In this document: positions 25,500-38,120 of the stretch, one piece after another
How the letters are laid out: every line of letters starts with the position of its first letter
Numbering within the stretch: position 1 is the stretch's first letter
DNA from: Octopus sinensis
Lineage: Eukaryota
Direction of reading: 5' to 3'
NCBI RefSeq assembly: GCF_006345805.1
Contig: NC_042997.1
Span: 166,656,001 to 166,720,000, forward strand
DNA: 64,000 nt
Notes under the pieces: model-generated
What the model was told of the DNA's origin: nothing
Databases searched by the model: none
The model's input: only the letters and a program-made list of their open reading frames with translations
Made by a program: the position numbers and the translations under genes

Positions 25500-25870
25500 C
25501 AAACTGTTCTAAAAAAGAAAAGACGAAGAGTTTTACTAAAACAGAATGTTGCTTGGCAGTATGCAGTTTTAGCATAATGACGTGAGTGCTACCAGGACTA
25601 TGGACTTATTGGGTTGTAATGATCAGGAATTTTGCACTGGGTTATGGTGTTTATCTACTGGTAAGGTAGACAGGGGTGAGGAGGAGAGTTTGAAAGGAGT
25701 TTTGTTGTGTGTGCTGTATAGAGTCGGAAGTAAGATGTACATGAGCTGGGGTTATGTCATTACCAGGAGTGCTATTTATATATTTACACCATGCTTGACA
25801 AGTGGCAAGTAGGAGAGTTTTGTAAGCTCTTGGCAAAAGATAGGAAGGCCAGGTCATGTTATTTAGACCC
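25500..25870 (-). mobile_element. Decayed LINE RT C-terminal fragment
   Basis: RAYKTLL...HVHLTSDSIQ resembles the LYK..RP.LEY..W...LDSIQ region. Confidence 0.4.
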
Positions 25871-28800
25871 AGGTCAAACCTAATTGAACAAAACTTATGA
25901 AGAAAGGAATTCTTTTTAGGGATTTCTGGGACTGCATATTTAATGTGTTCTTTCCTTATTTAAGATTGTAGGATGTAGATTTGAGAGTGATTTGGTTACT
26001 ATTTCTATTATATTGATTACTATGTAGAGGCTACCACATTGTTTTATGTAGGCCATGTAATATACAAAGGTACTACTTGTTTTTCTGATAGTTGTTTAGG
26101 TTCTGTAGTGGTGAGTAAACACTTGGTTGGTGAAAGTTTTGTACAGCTGAAAATGAAACAGCTGATGGGTTTGGAATTGGAAGCTACTTGTATGGTTGTG
26201 TAAAGGATAGAGAGGGTTGTGTAAAGGATAAGAAGGTGTGATCAGTCACCTTACTAGCTGTCTCAGGAATCTGAAGTCATCAGAGATCTTGTAAAGCTCT
26301 GACTAGTTAGCTAACTTGATGTACATCAATAACAGGAGTTAGAGAATGTCATGATACATGTTTTAATTTGGCAGTATTGAATGATTTAATGGGAGCAGAA
26401 ATGATGATGGTAGAGTAAGGCTGAGAGGTAATAATATAATTTCCTTTAATTTTTCTCATGTAAAAATTTTACCAACTCCACATACGTATCTAAATTGCGT
26501 ATCGAAAAGTTTAGGAAAATAAAAATAAGAAATAAATGGAAATTATACCGGTGAGTGTGTTACATTATAAGGCACAAAAAGAAAATGACTCTCCCCAGAC
26601 ATAACAAAATTTTCTATAAAGTTTTATTATATTTCTTGCTTTGCTGGATATTTATTAATAGAGTGGTTCTCTACTACATGTGCTCTTTAGAGGTGGCAGT
26701 TATGGAAAAAATATGGTGACTGTTATCAGTTATTGAGATAGAGAAATTGTCACATCCATTTTGTGACAAACTCCATGTTTTGACAAAGTTAGGTGTTTCT
26801 TTCTTCCTTATTTCTCATGGTAAACATGTGGCTGAGAAAACTTCTCTTTGCGCTGTCTTCATAATATAACTTTTATTCTTCTTTGAGCTACCTGCTACCC
26901 ACTACTCACTTGTAATGTTACTGTAGCTTTATATACAATTGCTTTACTTGAGCATCTGCCATTAATCAAACATTACTTTTTGTGACAAATTGACAGTGCC
27001 ATTAGAGCTTTGGGCAGGATGCTTTGTGGTATTTGTTTCAGCTCTCCTCACTTTGAGTTCAAATAACACCCAAGGTCAACTTTGCCTTTCATCCTTTCAG
27101 AATCAATAAAAATGTGCTGATCTAAGTAGTGGTTTGTGAAACTAAAAATGTCAGACTGGATGCTTTACATTTTATGTTAAAATCTTACCTTAGCCTACTT
27201 GACTGGTTGACTTAGCCATTTCCTCACCACCTTGGATACCTTTTGTGGAGTTCACTATGTTGCAGGCATTTGGGTTAAGTTTCCAGTTTGAGAGTACCTT
27301 CCTCTTTCCCACCTGTCTTGGAGTTCTTGTAATGGATCAAAGACACCACTTACTTCCTGACTAAACATTAAAAAGTCTTGAAATCACATACAGGCTTGAT
27401 GTAGTTGTTTGATACAAAAACCAATGTCACATACTATTGTAGAGTTCAGCTTCCTAATGGAAGTCAACAATTCATTCACACTTACCTGTATCAGTTTTAC
27501 ATAACCTGTCATTAACACCTATCCTGTGTTATCTTTCCTTGGCATGTGTGAATCCTGACAAATTTACCAAGCCTATATCATCATTATCCATTCTGTGCCA
27601 TCCCTGCTGAGCATGTATCTACCTTACCATATCAGTCATCTTTGATGCATAGAGCTAACCAACTTAAGACAGTCATTATAAAAGTTTTCTTGCACTCAAT
27701 TTTACCTAAGTTCTTTTCCTACTTGCAACAGATCTTTCATATGCTTCATTCCATGATATTTCTCATGTAACTCTCTTGGGCAATAATCCCATGCAGATCA
27801 TTCAATTAACCTCAAATTTTAGACTCAGTGTCATTAAAAATTCTGCATCTCCTTTTAACAAAATTTAACTTTATTCCTTCCATGATCTTCATTCTAATAT
27901 TTTCCCTGATCCTTCTGACTGTGTATGTTTTACTTGATTCTCTCTGTATTCAGTAACTTCTTGTGTTATTAAGACCAAGTATAAACATTTTATTCAGATA
28001 ATTTCCCCCAAAATGATAGCTTACAATTTAAACATTCTTTGTTGCTGTAATTCATTGGTGAGCTATTCAGTCTTCACTTTTTTTTTCAATTTAATGAATC
28101 TGATATTGAGTTCTTTGCTTACTTTTCATTGTTTCCAAAACTGCTTTGAATATTTTATATTAAATCATTCAGTCACTTTTTTTCCACTAACATAGTCGCA
28201 AATTTGATTTGAAGGTTTGCTGAAAAATGCCCCTTTTCAATGGCCAAAAATCCTCTACAAGCTTCTCTAGTTTTGTCTTTTTCCATATAAACACCTTGCA
28301 CTTCTGTTTTGAATTTGACTTTCATTAGAATCGTCTGCCAGATTCCACATCACCCTGATTTTGATTAAATGATGTTTTTCTGTCATCATTACTTGCAATC
28401 AAGCCTTACCTACCCATGATCCATAACGAAAGGTACTTCATTTTTAAGGGTTAATTTTTCCAAACACAGTCATCTACCAAACTCATTTTGCTGATCTGAT
28501 TATCAGTGTCATAAAAAGGGTTCATGATTAATCTTGGAGATATGAATTATTCAATTTACCATGGTTGTTTTCGGCTGAGGAATCATAAATAATCATACTG
28601 CTGGCCACAGTGATGATTTACTAAAATCTTAGTCGATCCCTGACAAATTATCAATTATTAGATTTCTAGATTCAGATATCTTTGTTTGTAATTCTTGAAA
28701 AATTGACCCCCACCTCCTCATAGTTTAGGATGTTAGAGATGTGCTTGGGGCAAGATGTAGATGCTGTTTTCAAAGGCTAAATGAAAGTGTTTTCTCACAT

Positions 28801-29003
28801 AAGCTAACATTATCTTAGAGACTACTGATCTGAAAATAAACCAGAGTTTATTTTAGGGAATAATATTTGATTTGGAAATGAAAATTTTCAGGAGTAAACC
28901 ACTTGTAGCACTCAAACTAACCTAACACCTTAATGTTTATTTCTATTCATTCTATTCCAAAGCTAGTAAGACGACTAGTATACTACTAATACTAGAGTAC
29001 TAA

Positions 29004-29312
29004 GGCGTAATTGCCCAGTGGTTAGGGCAGCGGACTTGCGGTCGGAGGATCGCGGTTTCGATTCCCAGACCGGGCGTTGTGTGTGTTTATTGAGCAAAAA
29101 CACCTAAAGCTTCACGAGGCTCTGGCAGGGGGTGGTGGTGACCCCTGTTGTACTCTTTTGCCCCAACTTTATCTCACTCTTTCTTCCTGTTTTTTGAGTA
29201 ATGCTGTGATGGATTGGCGTCCCATCCAGCTGGCAGAGAACACATATATCACAGAAACTGGGAAACCAGGCCCATGAGCCTGGCTAGGCTTGAAAAGGGT
29301 GCATAAATAAAA
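29004..29312 (+). mobile_element. tRNA-Arg-headed SINE with an alternative 3' tail, 13-bp TSD
   Basis: Head and core shared with 8644-8944; 3' third unrelated (GATGGATTGGCGTCCCATCCAGCTGG...GAAAAGGGTGCATAAATAAA). TSD ACTAGAG(T/A)ACTAA at 28991-29003 and 29313-29325. Confidence 0.88.
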
Positions 29313-30012
29313 ACTAGAGAACTAAAGTACTTTGTGAGATCATGATGAATTAAGACTGTGACTTTTCTTTTGTTATCAGTTGTTGCAATTTGCTTTCCCT
29401 TACATCACTCATGTGCTGTAGTCTTGAATAAAGTATGAACAGCATAACTCCTACTGTTTTATCTATCTGAAACTGATAGGTCTACTTGCCTATGAGTGCT
29501 CAGATAAATAGCTCATGTTAAAAACAGTTGACTATTACATGTGTATAGAGTAAATAAAATATTAATTGATTGATGACAACCAGTCTGTTTTTTTTTTCTT
29601 TTCCTCATAAGGGAAGTCAGCACCCATGACTTTTCACAAGGCCTATGATGTAGGGAAAGAGAAAGCTATCTTCAAATTTAGGACCCTATCTGAGTGCTTG
29701 CAACAAAGTGGATTCTACTAAACCCACCCAAGGTTTTAGAATAGGGACACTGTATTAGTGTATGTTAAAAGGGGTAATTAAAAGATGTGGCAACAGGCAG
29801 AGTATCTGGTTGCAACAGGATTGCCTCAGAAAATTCATTCAGGCCATGCTAGCATGGAAAAGCAGACATAGAATAATGATGGTGATATTGATGATGATGG
29901 TGATAATGATGGTGATGATTATGAATTTGTCACTCAAAATGTAAATAGCCATTGTTGCAAAAAGCAACTTTGTTATTCTCTAACTCTTTTGTTATGGTAT
30001 TTCTGCTAAAAT

Positions 30013-30310
30013 GTGGAGGCGCAATGGCCCAGTGGTTAGGGCAGCGGACTCGCGGTTTCGATTCCCAGACCGGGCGTTGTGAGTGTTTATTGAGTGAAAA
30101 CACTTAAAAGCTCCACGAGGTTATGGCAGGTGGTGGTGGCAATCCCTGCTGCACTCTTTCACCACAACTTTCTCTCGCTCTTTCTTATGTTGGCCTGCTT
30201 GCTTAGCCAGTGGAGTGGCGTCATTTGAAGGCTAAAACAATGCAAAGCGCATTGTGACCAGCGATGTGTACCAACATCTGATAGCCTGGTTGGTCACGGT
30301 GATCACGGTG
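30013..30310 (+). mobile_element. tRNA-Arg-headed SINE (OR-type), 14-bp TSD
   Basis: Same structure as 8644-8944; TSD ATTTCTG(C/T)TAAAAT at 29999-30012 and 30311-30324. Confidence 0.9.
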
Positions 30311-30755
30311 ATTTCTGTTAAAATACACTACCTTCATTCAAAAAAATTTTGAAAATAATAAAGAATTTAATAAAATAACTTTATTACTATTAAGTTAGCT
30401 TTTGGAATATAAGCATGAAATTTAGACGGAATAAAACATGAAGTTTGTATCATAGAACAGGAGTAGTCTCAGGACAATTGGTATCAACAGGGTTAATATG
30501 CACTTTGAAAATAATAACAAAAACAATTTATAGAATAAAAAAATTATTTATTTATTTATATTTTAGTAATGATAGGTACCAATGTCAACATCTTGTTGCA
30601 ATCATCTCAATTTTTGGGATCATTATTGAAAGATTGTTATTACTGTTAGAATTTTTTTATATCATTATAGCAGGGCTTTTTTTGTTGTTACTGCCAATAT
30701 TTCTATCTCTGCTGGTAATTTTGGATCACTTTCAAAATGTTTTGTGTTTCTATTG

Positions 30756-31062
30756 TTACTTTTGGGTATTACTGTCAACATTTTTAGTACTTATGTCAAC
30801 ATTTCTAGTACTAGTGTCAACATCTTTAGTACTTATGTCAACATTTCTAGTACTAGTGTCAACATCTTTAGTACTTATGTCAACATTTCTAGTACTAGTG
30901 TCAACCTCTTTAGTACTTATGTCAACATTTCTAGTACTAGTGTCAACATCTTTAGTACTTATGTCAACATTTCTAGTACTAGTGTCAACATTTTTAGTAC
31001 TTATGTCAACATTTTTGGTAGTAGTGTCAGTATTTGAGGTACCAATATCGATGCTTTTGGTT
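30756..31062 (-). repeat. 21-bp alternating minisatellite; open minus-strand frame encodes the heptad VD[IT]ST[KR][DNE] x11; possible terminal exon
   Basis: Units GTTGACATAAGTACTAAAGAT / GTTGACACTAGTACTAGAAAT. Preceded by a long polypyrimidine tract and CCAG acceptor (31064-31063, phase 2); in-frame TAA at 30758-30756. Confidence 0.6.
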
Positions 31063-31337
31063 CTGGTGTCAAAGAAAGCAAAAGAAATGGAAAATGGAAG
31101 GAAAAATATTTGAGAATAGTAAAAGGTAAAAAAAACTGCTATACAAAGTTTTATAAAAAATGGTTTGTTTAATCTTTTTTGGTATTTGCTTTAATTTTTT
31201 TGAGTATATTTTTTCAATGAAATCATTGTGACCACACACATACTGATGCATACATACACTCACTCATGCATACATATAAACACATGCACATTCACACACA
31301 TTACATTAATACATGTTAGGGACAGAGGCAGTATTAA

Positions 31338-31558
31338 CCCTTTCGTTACTGTATTTATTTTGAGATGCTCTGTGTTTCTTTCAATTATTTTAAATATAAC
31401 AAAGAATTTAGTAAAATAATGTAATTATCATTAAGCGAGTGTTAGGAACATAAATTGCAACTAAGGTTTGGTGGTATATTTTAATGAAAAACTTATGAAA
31501 ACAAGACATTTCTACTACAGAGCCAGAGCTGGTTTTGGCCGGGTTGGTAACAAAAGGG
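31338..31558 (+). mobile_element. piggyBac-like MITE, TTAA TSD
   Basis: TTAA|CCCTTTCGTTAC ... GTAACAAAAGGG|TTAA. Confidence 0.9.
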
Positions 31559-32306
31559 TTAATATCAAGAGGTAATATTTGTCCCCACTTAAGCGTGGAT
31601 CTTCTGTTAGAACAAACTATACTATAGTAGATACCATGAGAGAAACTTTCATATTGGCTTTTAGTGCAAAATGCATTCTTGTTTATATCACTAGCAGTAG
31701 AGCATCCACCACTGACAAGACCAAGGAAGGTTGAAATCATGTAATCTGGTGGTCTCAGCACTGGTAGTGGCTGGGATTTAGCTCTCCAACAAGAGTGCAT
31801 TTTGTGCCAAAATGCTGATATGAGAGTTTCTCTCATGGTATCTGACACATTATGTATTAATAGATATATGCATGCCTGTATATTTAAATATAAGCACATG
31901 CATTCATATATGCATATATTTTTACACATAAACATATAATTGTAACCTTTCACATGCATGTATGCTTATCTACACACTCCCATATTTTCATGCTCATACA
32001 CTTTGTCACTATACCCATATATGTATATACACACACAAACAGTCATTCATAAACAGATAGTTATCCTCCTTTGCAATAATTTCCTATTGCTGTCATCATT
32101 TACTTCATCTGAATACATTTAAATTATTCCATTAATGACAATATCTTTGGTTTTTAAACAGATTATTTTCTCAATTTCGATTTTTTTACAAACCAAATCC
32201 AGAAAAAAAATATATATAATTTGCATTTTTATTTCATTTTACATGATTGTTTTTGTTTTTTTTTTACCTAAAAAGAAATGAAAAATATATTTAAAAAGTA
32301 TTATTT

Positions 32307-32702
32307 TTAAAAATTATTGTTCGGATCAAATAATGGGTTGGGAGATTTGTCACGTTTACTGAACTGGACTCCAAATGCTGTGATAAAAATATTTGCAACA
32401 GTAATGAAAAGAATAAACCCAATTATGATATTGTTGAGTATGTTGGCCCGCCTGACATGTCTCTCTGTGTGGTCTTTTAAAGATCCAAGAATCAGCAGCA
32501 ATATTCCAGTGATTACTTGAAGACTGATGGAAATAATGACAATAGCAACAAGGGCATGGTAATAGTCGTGAGCTTCTCCAACATCTAAAATTGCCTTTAG
32601 TTGAGATGCATTTGACATAAGAAGGGCGACATCAAGCAGTCCCTGAGCCATCGTCTTCTTTGTAGCATATCGGTAGTAGTTAAATGATATTGGTGCACTC
32701 TC
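32307..32702 (-). CDS. NINJ: Ninjurin family protein A, core/terminal coding exon
   Basis: ESAPISFNYYRYATKKTMAQGLLDVALLMSNASQLKAIL...SISLQVITGILL...NILNN...VANIFITAFGVQ matches the ninjurin signature (KKS.AE.MLDIALLMANASQLK...NIFITAFG). Acceptor TTTTGCAG|GAG at 32703/32702; stop at 32307; AATAAA at 32228-32233. Confidence 0.95.
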   Translation of the reverse strand, partial: ESAPISFNYYRYATKKTMAQGLLDVALLMSNASQLKAILDVGEAHDYYHALVAIVIISISLQVITGILLLILGSLKDHTERHVRRANILNNIIIGFILFITVANIFITAFGVQFSKRDKSPNPLFDPNNNF

Positions 32703-32882
32703 CTGCAAAATAGAAGCATGACATGATTTTTAATGCAGTTAACTTTTGAATTAAATGAGAAAGTATTCATAAAATTACACCACACACACACAGGTTAAAC
32801 ATTTATTCAAACATTGCAATGCTGTTAGACCAATATTTATTGAAGGACCCATTCATGTACCTGTACACATATATATATATAT

Positions 32883-32883
<1 letters not shown>

Positions 32884-32933
<50 letters not shown>

Positions 32934-32940
32934 GAGAGAG
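32884..32940. repeat. (GA)n microsatellite in the ninjurin A intron
   Basis: Directly visible. Confidence 0.95.
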
Positions 32941-33369
32941 CAATAAGAAAATGGAGTGGATCAATAGGTGGTTCATCAACTTTTAGGCATTATGCCAACT
33001 TATTTATTTATTTACTAAAATGACAATTACAAGAATATACATACATGTATAACATATTATACTTTACATATAAAATATATTAATATATAAAGATAGCACT
33101 AATTATTAAAATATAACATACAGGAATATAAACTGGGAAAATAGAAGAGCCATTTTAGCTATTTTAAAAAACACAAAAACTTGAATTCACTTTTCATTTA
33201 TTTTTTAAGGTGCCAAAACTTTCAATGTATAGCTGCATCCTCATCATTGGCACAGTTCAGTATCTGCGTTGTAGGCTTATGTCAACTCCAGCTATCAAAT
33301 GAAACCATAGTGAAGATTGTCTTGCTGCCTTCTTATAATAACCAGAAAGTCCAATCAGTTCTCTTCTGT

Positions 33370-33800
33370 CTGTTGGTTATGGAGAGAAGACAGGAGAGGT
33401 ATGCAGTAATATATATCTGGAAGATCCTGGAAGGAATTGTGCCAAATTTTGGCATTGAAAGCTACACCAATACCAGAACGGGACGACACTGCATAGTGCC
33501 AAAGATCCCAGCAATGCCATCATACTTCAGGACCAGTTACTGCAGCAGCCTGGGTTTCAAGGGCCCACAGCTTTTTAATATTCTCCCAAAGAGTCTGAGG
33601 AACTTGCACAAAGTAGATGTAGGGGTTTTAAAATCAAAGCTGGACCTCTTCCTGTCGAGAGTCCCAGATGAACCTACCTCACGGCAAGAGGTGCAAATGA
33701 GGGTAGCTATATCAAACTCTATTCTTCACCAAGTGCCACATATTAGACGAGGTTCTTCGCAATAACAGTGTAGCAAAATGGTGGTGCATCAGCATGGCCG
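33370..33800 (+). mobile_element. 3' end of a CR1/Jockey-group LINE ORF2
   Basis: ERRQERYAVIYIWKILEGIVPN...GPQLFNILPKSLRN...KSKLDLFLSRVPDEP...SNSILHQ. Confidence 0.85.
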
Positions 33801-34248
33801 CAGCTCTGAGCTGAATCTTGAGAGAAAAAAAATGTGTATTGAAGAGACAAAAATTACTGAAATTAAACACTTTCCACTTTGATCAGGCCCTCATTGATAT
33901 TTTTTGTCATCAATTTCCATTTGGAAAGGAAGGTGAGGGTGGAGTGAGAGGTGCTCTTCAATAAATTTGTTAAAAGGTAACTATGATGAGAATGGCAAGA
34001 GTGGCTGAGTCTACTATTTTCAGAGTACTATCATTAGTGGTCAGGGTGATCCTGGACCTGTGAGATTACTTGGCTGCCCCTATTCTCTATCAGGAGGAGC
34101 ATCTCACCATTGCTTATTTAGATACTGTATACTTTTTGTCTCATTCAATTAGTTCTTTTTCTTATTTGGTTCTTATGTAAACCCCAACACTTAATGTAAT
34201 GTTTTTAAAATGTTCTCCTCTTTGATGCAGTTGTGATAAATAAAATAA

Positions 34249-34254
<6 letters not shown>

Positions 34255-34283
<29 letters not shown>

Positions 34284-35205
34284 CATTATTATTATTGTTG
34301 TTGTTGTTGTTATTATCATAAGGCAGACTCATTAGTATGTCAGGTAAAATGATTTACAGTATTTCGTCTGTCTTTACGTTCTGAGTTCAAATTCTGCTGA
34401 GGTTGACTGGGGTCAATATAATCAACTAGTCCCCTCCCCTCAAATTTCACACCCTGTGCCTTCAGTAGAAAGGATTTTTATTATTATTATTATTATTATC
34501 ATTATTATTATTGTTGTTGTTGTTGTTATTATCATAAGGCAGACTCATTAGTATGTCAGGTAAAATGATTTACAGTATTTCGTCTGTCTTTACGTTCTGA
34601 GTTCAAATTCTGCTGAGGTTGACTGGGGTCAATATAATCAACTAGTCCCCTCCCCTCAAATTTCACACCCTGTGCCTTCAGTAGAAAGGATTTTTATTAT
34701 TATTATTATTATCATCATCATCATTATTATTATTATTGTTATTATCATCATCATTATTATTATTATAAGGTGGCGAGCTGGCAGAATCATCAGCATGCCA
34801 GGCGAAATGCTTAGTGGTACATCACGTGTTTCTACATTCTGAGTTAAAATTCTGCCAAGGTCAACTTTGCCTTTCATCCTTTCAGGATCGATAAATCAAG
34901 TACATGTGAAACATGGGGTCGATGTAATCAACTAGTCTCCTCCCGCAAAATTTCAGGCCTATAGTAGAAAGGATTATTATTATTATTATTAAGGCGGTGA
35001 GCTGGCAGAATCATTAGCACACCATGCAAAATACTTAGCAGCATTCCATTTGTCTTTGCATTCTGAGTTCAAATTCTGCCAAGGTCAATTTAGCTTTCAT
35101 GTTTTCAGGGTCAATAAATTAAGTACCAGTCAAGTACCTTGGGTTGATGTGATTGACTACCCACCTCCCTACAGATTCCAGACCTTGTGCCTATAGTAAA
35201 AAGGA
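34255..35205 (+). repeat. SINE family A array with (ATT)n spacers; first two units form a near-exact 216-bp tandem duplication
   Basis: AGGCAGACTCATTAGTATGTCAGG starts at both 34321 and 34537 and the two units match throughout. Confidence 0.9.
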
Positions 35206-35902
35206 TCACCACCACCACCACCACCACCACCATCATCACCATGTTTTTCTGCGTGCACTGCAGCAGTCTAACACTTCCTCTGTATGCTATGTACTATTGA
35301 AATTTGTAGATTTGAAATATCTAGATCATGAAACCATAGCAACCAAATATAATTGGCCTGCAAGCTATGCAAGTATCCATCAGATAAAAACTTTTTTTTT
35401 TTCAGCTTTATCATCAATAATGGCATATAAAAATCAAAGATGTCAATCAATTCTAAGGAGAAAGTTTATGGAAATTCCATCAAGTTAAAAGGAATTCCCT
35501 TTTGGATTTATTATTAGCAATCAATATATATTAGGTTTAGAAATACAAAGAAGAAACAATTTGCTGTTCGTTTTTTGTCATTTTTTTTTCAACATGTTTT
35601 GTTCAGTTGCACAAAATATAACTGACTGATGTAGTTCATGTTTTTTAAAAAACTTTAATTAAATTCTTAAAATTTCAGATAAATTTGGTCAATAATTAGG
35701 ACATAAAGGAAAGTATAAGGAAATTAATGATATTCAGTTTTGTGATTTTTGCTGATGACAGCAGACCAAGCGTGTCTTGAGAGAAAGATAATGCTAACAT
35801 TTTGTTGGTTGCATAGCAACAAGAAAGATCAACTAATTACTTTAATATAATCATTTACCATTGTTTACCATTCTTCATTTATTCCCCATTTACATAGCTA
35901 CA

Positions 35903-36630
35903 GATGAAGGTGCATGGCTTAGTGGTTAGTGTATTTGGTTCACAATCATTATATTGTGAGTTCGATTCCCAGTGACGCATTGTGTCCTTGAGCAAGACAC
36001 TTTATTTCACACTAGCAGTATCGCCCGGCGTTGCTCGGGTTTGTAAGGGAAATAACTATATAAGCATTTTTAGAGAGTTATAGCAAAAAATAGCAAAAAA
36101 ATGCATTAAAAATGGAAAAAAAATTATGGTAAATTTTTTTTTAAATCGTTGACTCATCGTAGACATTTTTAGAGAGTTACTTCCCTTATATAATAGCGAA
36201 AAAATGCATTAAAATGGAAAAAAATTATGGTAAATTTTTTTTTAAATCGTAGACTCATCGTAGACGCACGCTAATACCCAGAAGGGCTCGATATGAATCA
36301 CGACTATAAGATACCCGGTTTTGGTTAAACTGCACCGCAAAATGTGGGAGTAGTTAGGAATCTAAATCGTAGGAGACAGACACACAACTTGACTTTTATA
36401 TATAAAGATTTCTCCATTTTACTCAGCTTGCAAAAGTGAGTAGCACCTGTAATTCAAAGAGACAGCTTTGTCACACTCTGTGTCATGCTGAATCTTCCTG
36501 AGAACTATGTTAAGGGTACGTGTGTCTGTGGAATGCTCAGCCACTTGCATGTTAATTTCATGAGCATGCTGTTCTGTTGATTGGACCAACTGGAACCCTC
36601 ATCATCATAAGCAATGGAGTGCCAGTTTAC
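35903..36630 (+). mobile_element. tRNA-derived SINE split by a Helitron insertion
   Basis: A box TGGCTTAGTGG, B box GAGTTCGATTCC, GTGTCCTTGAGCAAGACACTTTATTTCACA; sequence resumes at 36409 (TTTCTCCATTTTACTCAGC). Confidence 0.75.
36012..36408 (-). mobile_element. Non-autonomous Helitron
   Basis: Minus strand starts A|TCTTTATATATAAAAG and ends with hairpin CCCGAGCAACGCCGGG followed by CTAG|T; no TSD; internal ~70-bp duplication. Confidence 0.92.
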
Positions 36631-36873
36631 GGAGCTATAGACACTTTCATGTTAATTCTATTAGGAATCTACTATAGCATTGTAGCAGAGAAATTTGATT
36701 CACAACCATGTGATTCAGGATTTGATTCCACTGTATAGCACCATAGGGGAGAGTGTCTTCTCTCGTAGCCTTTGGTAAATCTCTGCCTTGTTAATGAAAT
36801 TAGGTAAATTCAAGTAAGTCATATGGATTATACTTGTTCTTGGATGGTAAATTTAAAGCATTACCTGGTTTAA

Positions 36874-37091
36874 CCCTTTCGTTACTGTATTTCTTTTGAG
36901 ATGCTCTGTGTTTCTTTCAATTACTTTAAATATAACAAAGAATTTAGTAAAATAACTTAGTTATCATTAAGCTAGTGTTAGGAACATAAATTGTGACTAA
37001 AGTTTGGTGGAAGATTTTAATTCAGAACTTTTGGAAAGACATTTGTACTACAGAGCCAGAGCCAGTTTCAGCCGGGTTGGTAATGAAAGGG
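36874..37091 (+). mobile_element. piggyBac-like MITE, TTAA TSD
   Basis: TTAA|CCCTTTCGTTAC ... GTAATGAAAGGG|TTAA. Confidence 0.9.
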
Positions 37092-37910
37092 TTAATACTT
37101 TCCATCATCCTGGCCTTTGCAGAATCCACTCATTTGCAAGAATTTAGACCATGACTCTGGTCTGAGACAAATCAATATTTTAACGCATTGATTCCCACTG
37201 CAGCAATCTACAAGTGGGGGTTTCTTTCTCCTCTTCCTCACACCCCACCAGTAATGGAAATTCTGCAGAAAAGTCATGACTGCTGCCTTTTCTCCACATT
37301 CTAAGCAATAAGAATATTCTGTTCTACTATCTTGAATATTTTACTTGCCATGTTTTGAATGAATCCCTAATGAGAAGCCACATTTATTTTTATTCTAAGT
37401 TACTTCATTCTATTCTAGTTTGAGTTATTTTCTAATTAGGGATCCAAAGTCACAATCCCTTTTCTTCTTTCTTCATTGATCCTTAAAAGCTTAGTCCAAA
37501 TTAGTTCATCTTTTGAAGCAAGAACCATTCTAAAATCCTTGTGAACTCTCCTTGTGCACTTAAATACCTTGTTTAGATGAACTAAAACTGCACTGTACTG
37601 GTTTCCATGTATCTATGTAACAAACACACACACACGTGCCCAAAAACAAACTGTCATGTTGTTAATGATATTAAATACAAACACACATACATATAAAGAT
37701 TAAGTACTTTAGCGAATGCAATCATGAAATTTCAAATGTTGTGCAGAGAACACTCAGTGAATTATCATGTGATAAAGAAATTCAAAACTGGACATTGATA
37801 AACTACATTTATCATGTTACTGGAAGTTCATCTATCACATGACAAATGCATAGATATTTTAATCTATATTTTGCGACATTTTGCTTGGAAGAAAACATCA
37901 ATAACAATAA

Positions 37911-38120
37911 TACTCTTTTACTCTTTTACTTGTTTCAGTCATTTGACTGCGGCCATGCTGGAGCACCGCCTTTAGTCGAGCAAATCGACCCCGGGACTTA
38001 TTCTTTGTAAGCCCAGTACTTATTCTATCAGTCTCTTTTGCCGAACCGCTAGGTGACGGGGACGTAAATACACCAGCATCGGTTGTCAAGCAATGCTAGG
38101 GGGACAAACACAGACACACA
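37911..38120 (-). mobile_element. SINE family B 3' tail (young copy)
   Basis: Near-identical to 53865-54075, CpGs retained. Confidence 0.9.

Noticed and set aside
27400-28700. Possible additional decayed retroelement coding region
   Set aside because: Only scattered RTE-like hints with many stops; family and boundaries could not be supported by eye.
30756-31062. CRISPR-like regular repeat
   Set aside because: Contiguous tandem units with no unique spacers, eukaryotic context, no cas genes.
30445-31113. 222-aa hydrophobic plus-strand ORF resembling a multi-pass membrane protein
   Set aside because: Shadow of the 21-bp minisatellite and an AT-rich tract; no family motif or splice signals. 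The minus-strand frame is the more protein-like one.
32317-32791. Antisense and alternative-frame ORFs over ninjurin A
   Set aside because: Shadows of the real coding exon; the listed TTG start at 32708 lies in the splice acceptor.
33181-33765. 194-aa ORF as a host gene
   Set aside because: The C-terminal two-thirds is a LINE ORF2 end; the N-terminus is unrelated flanking sequence.
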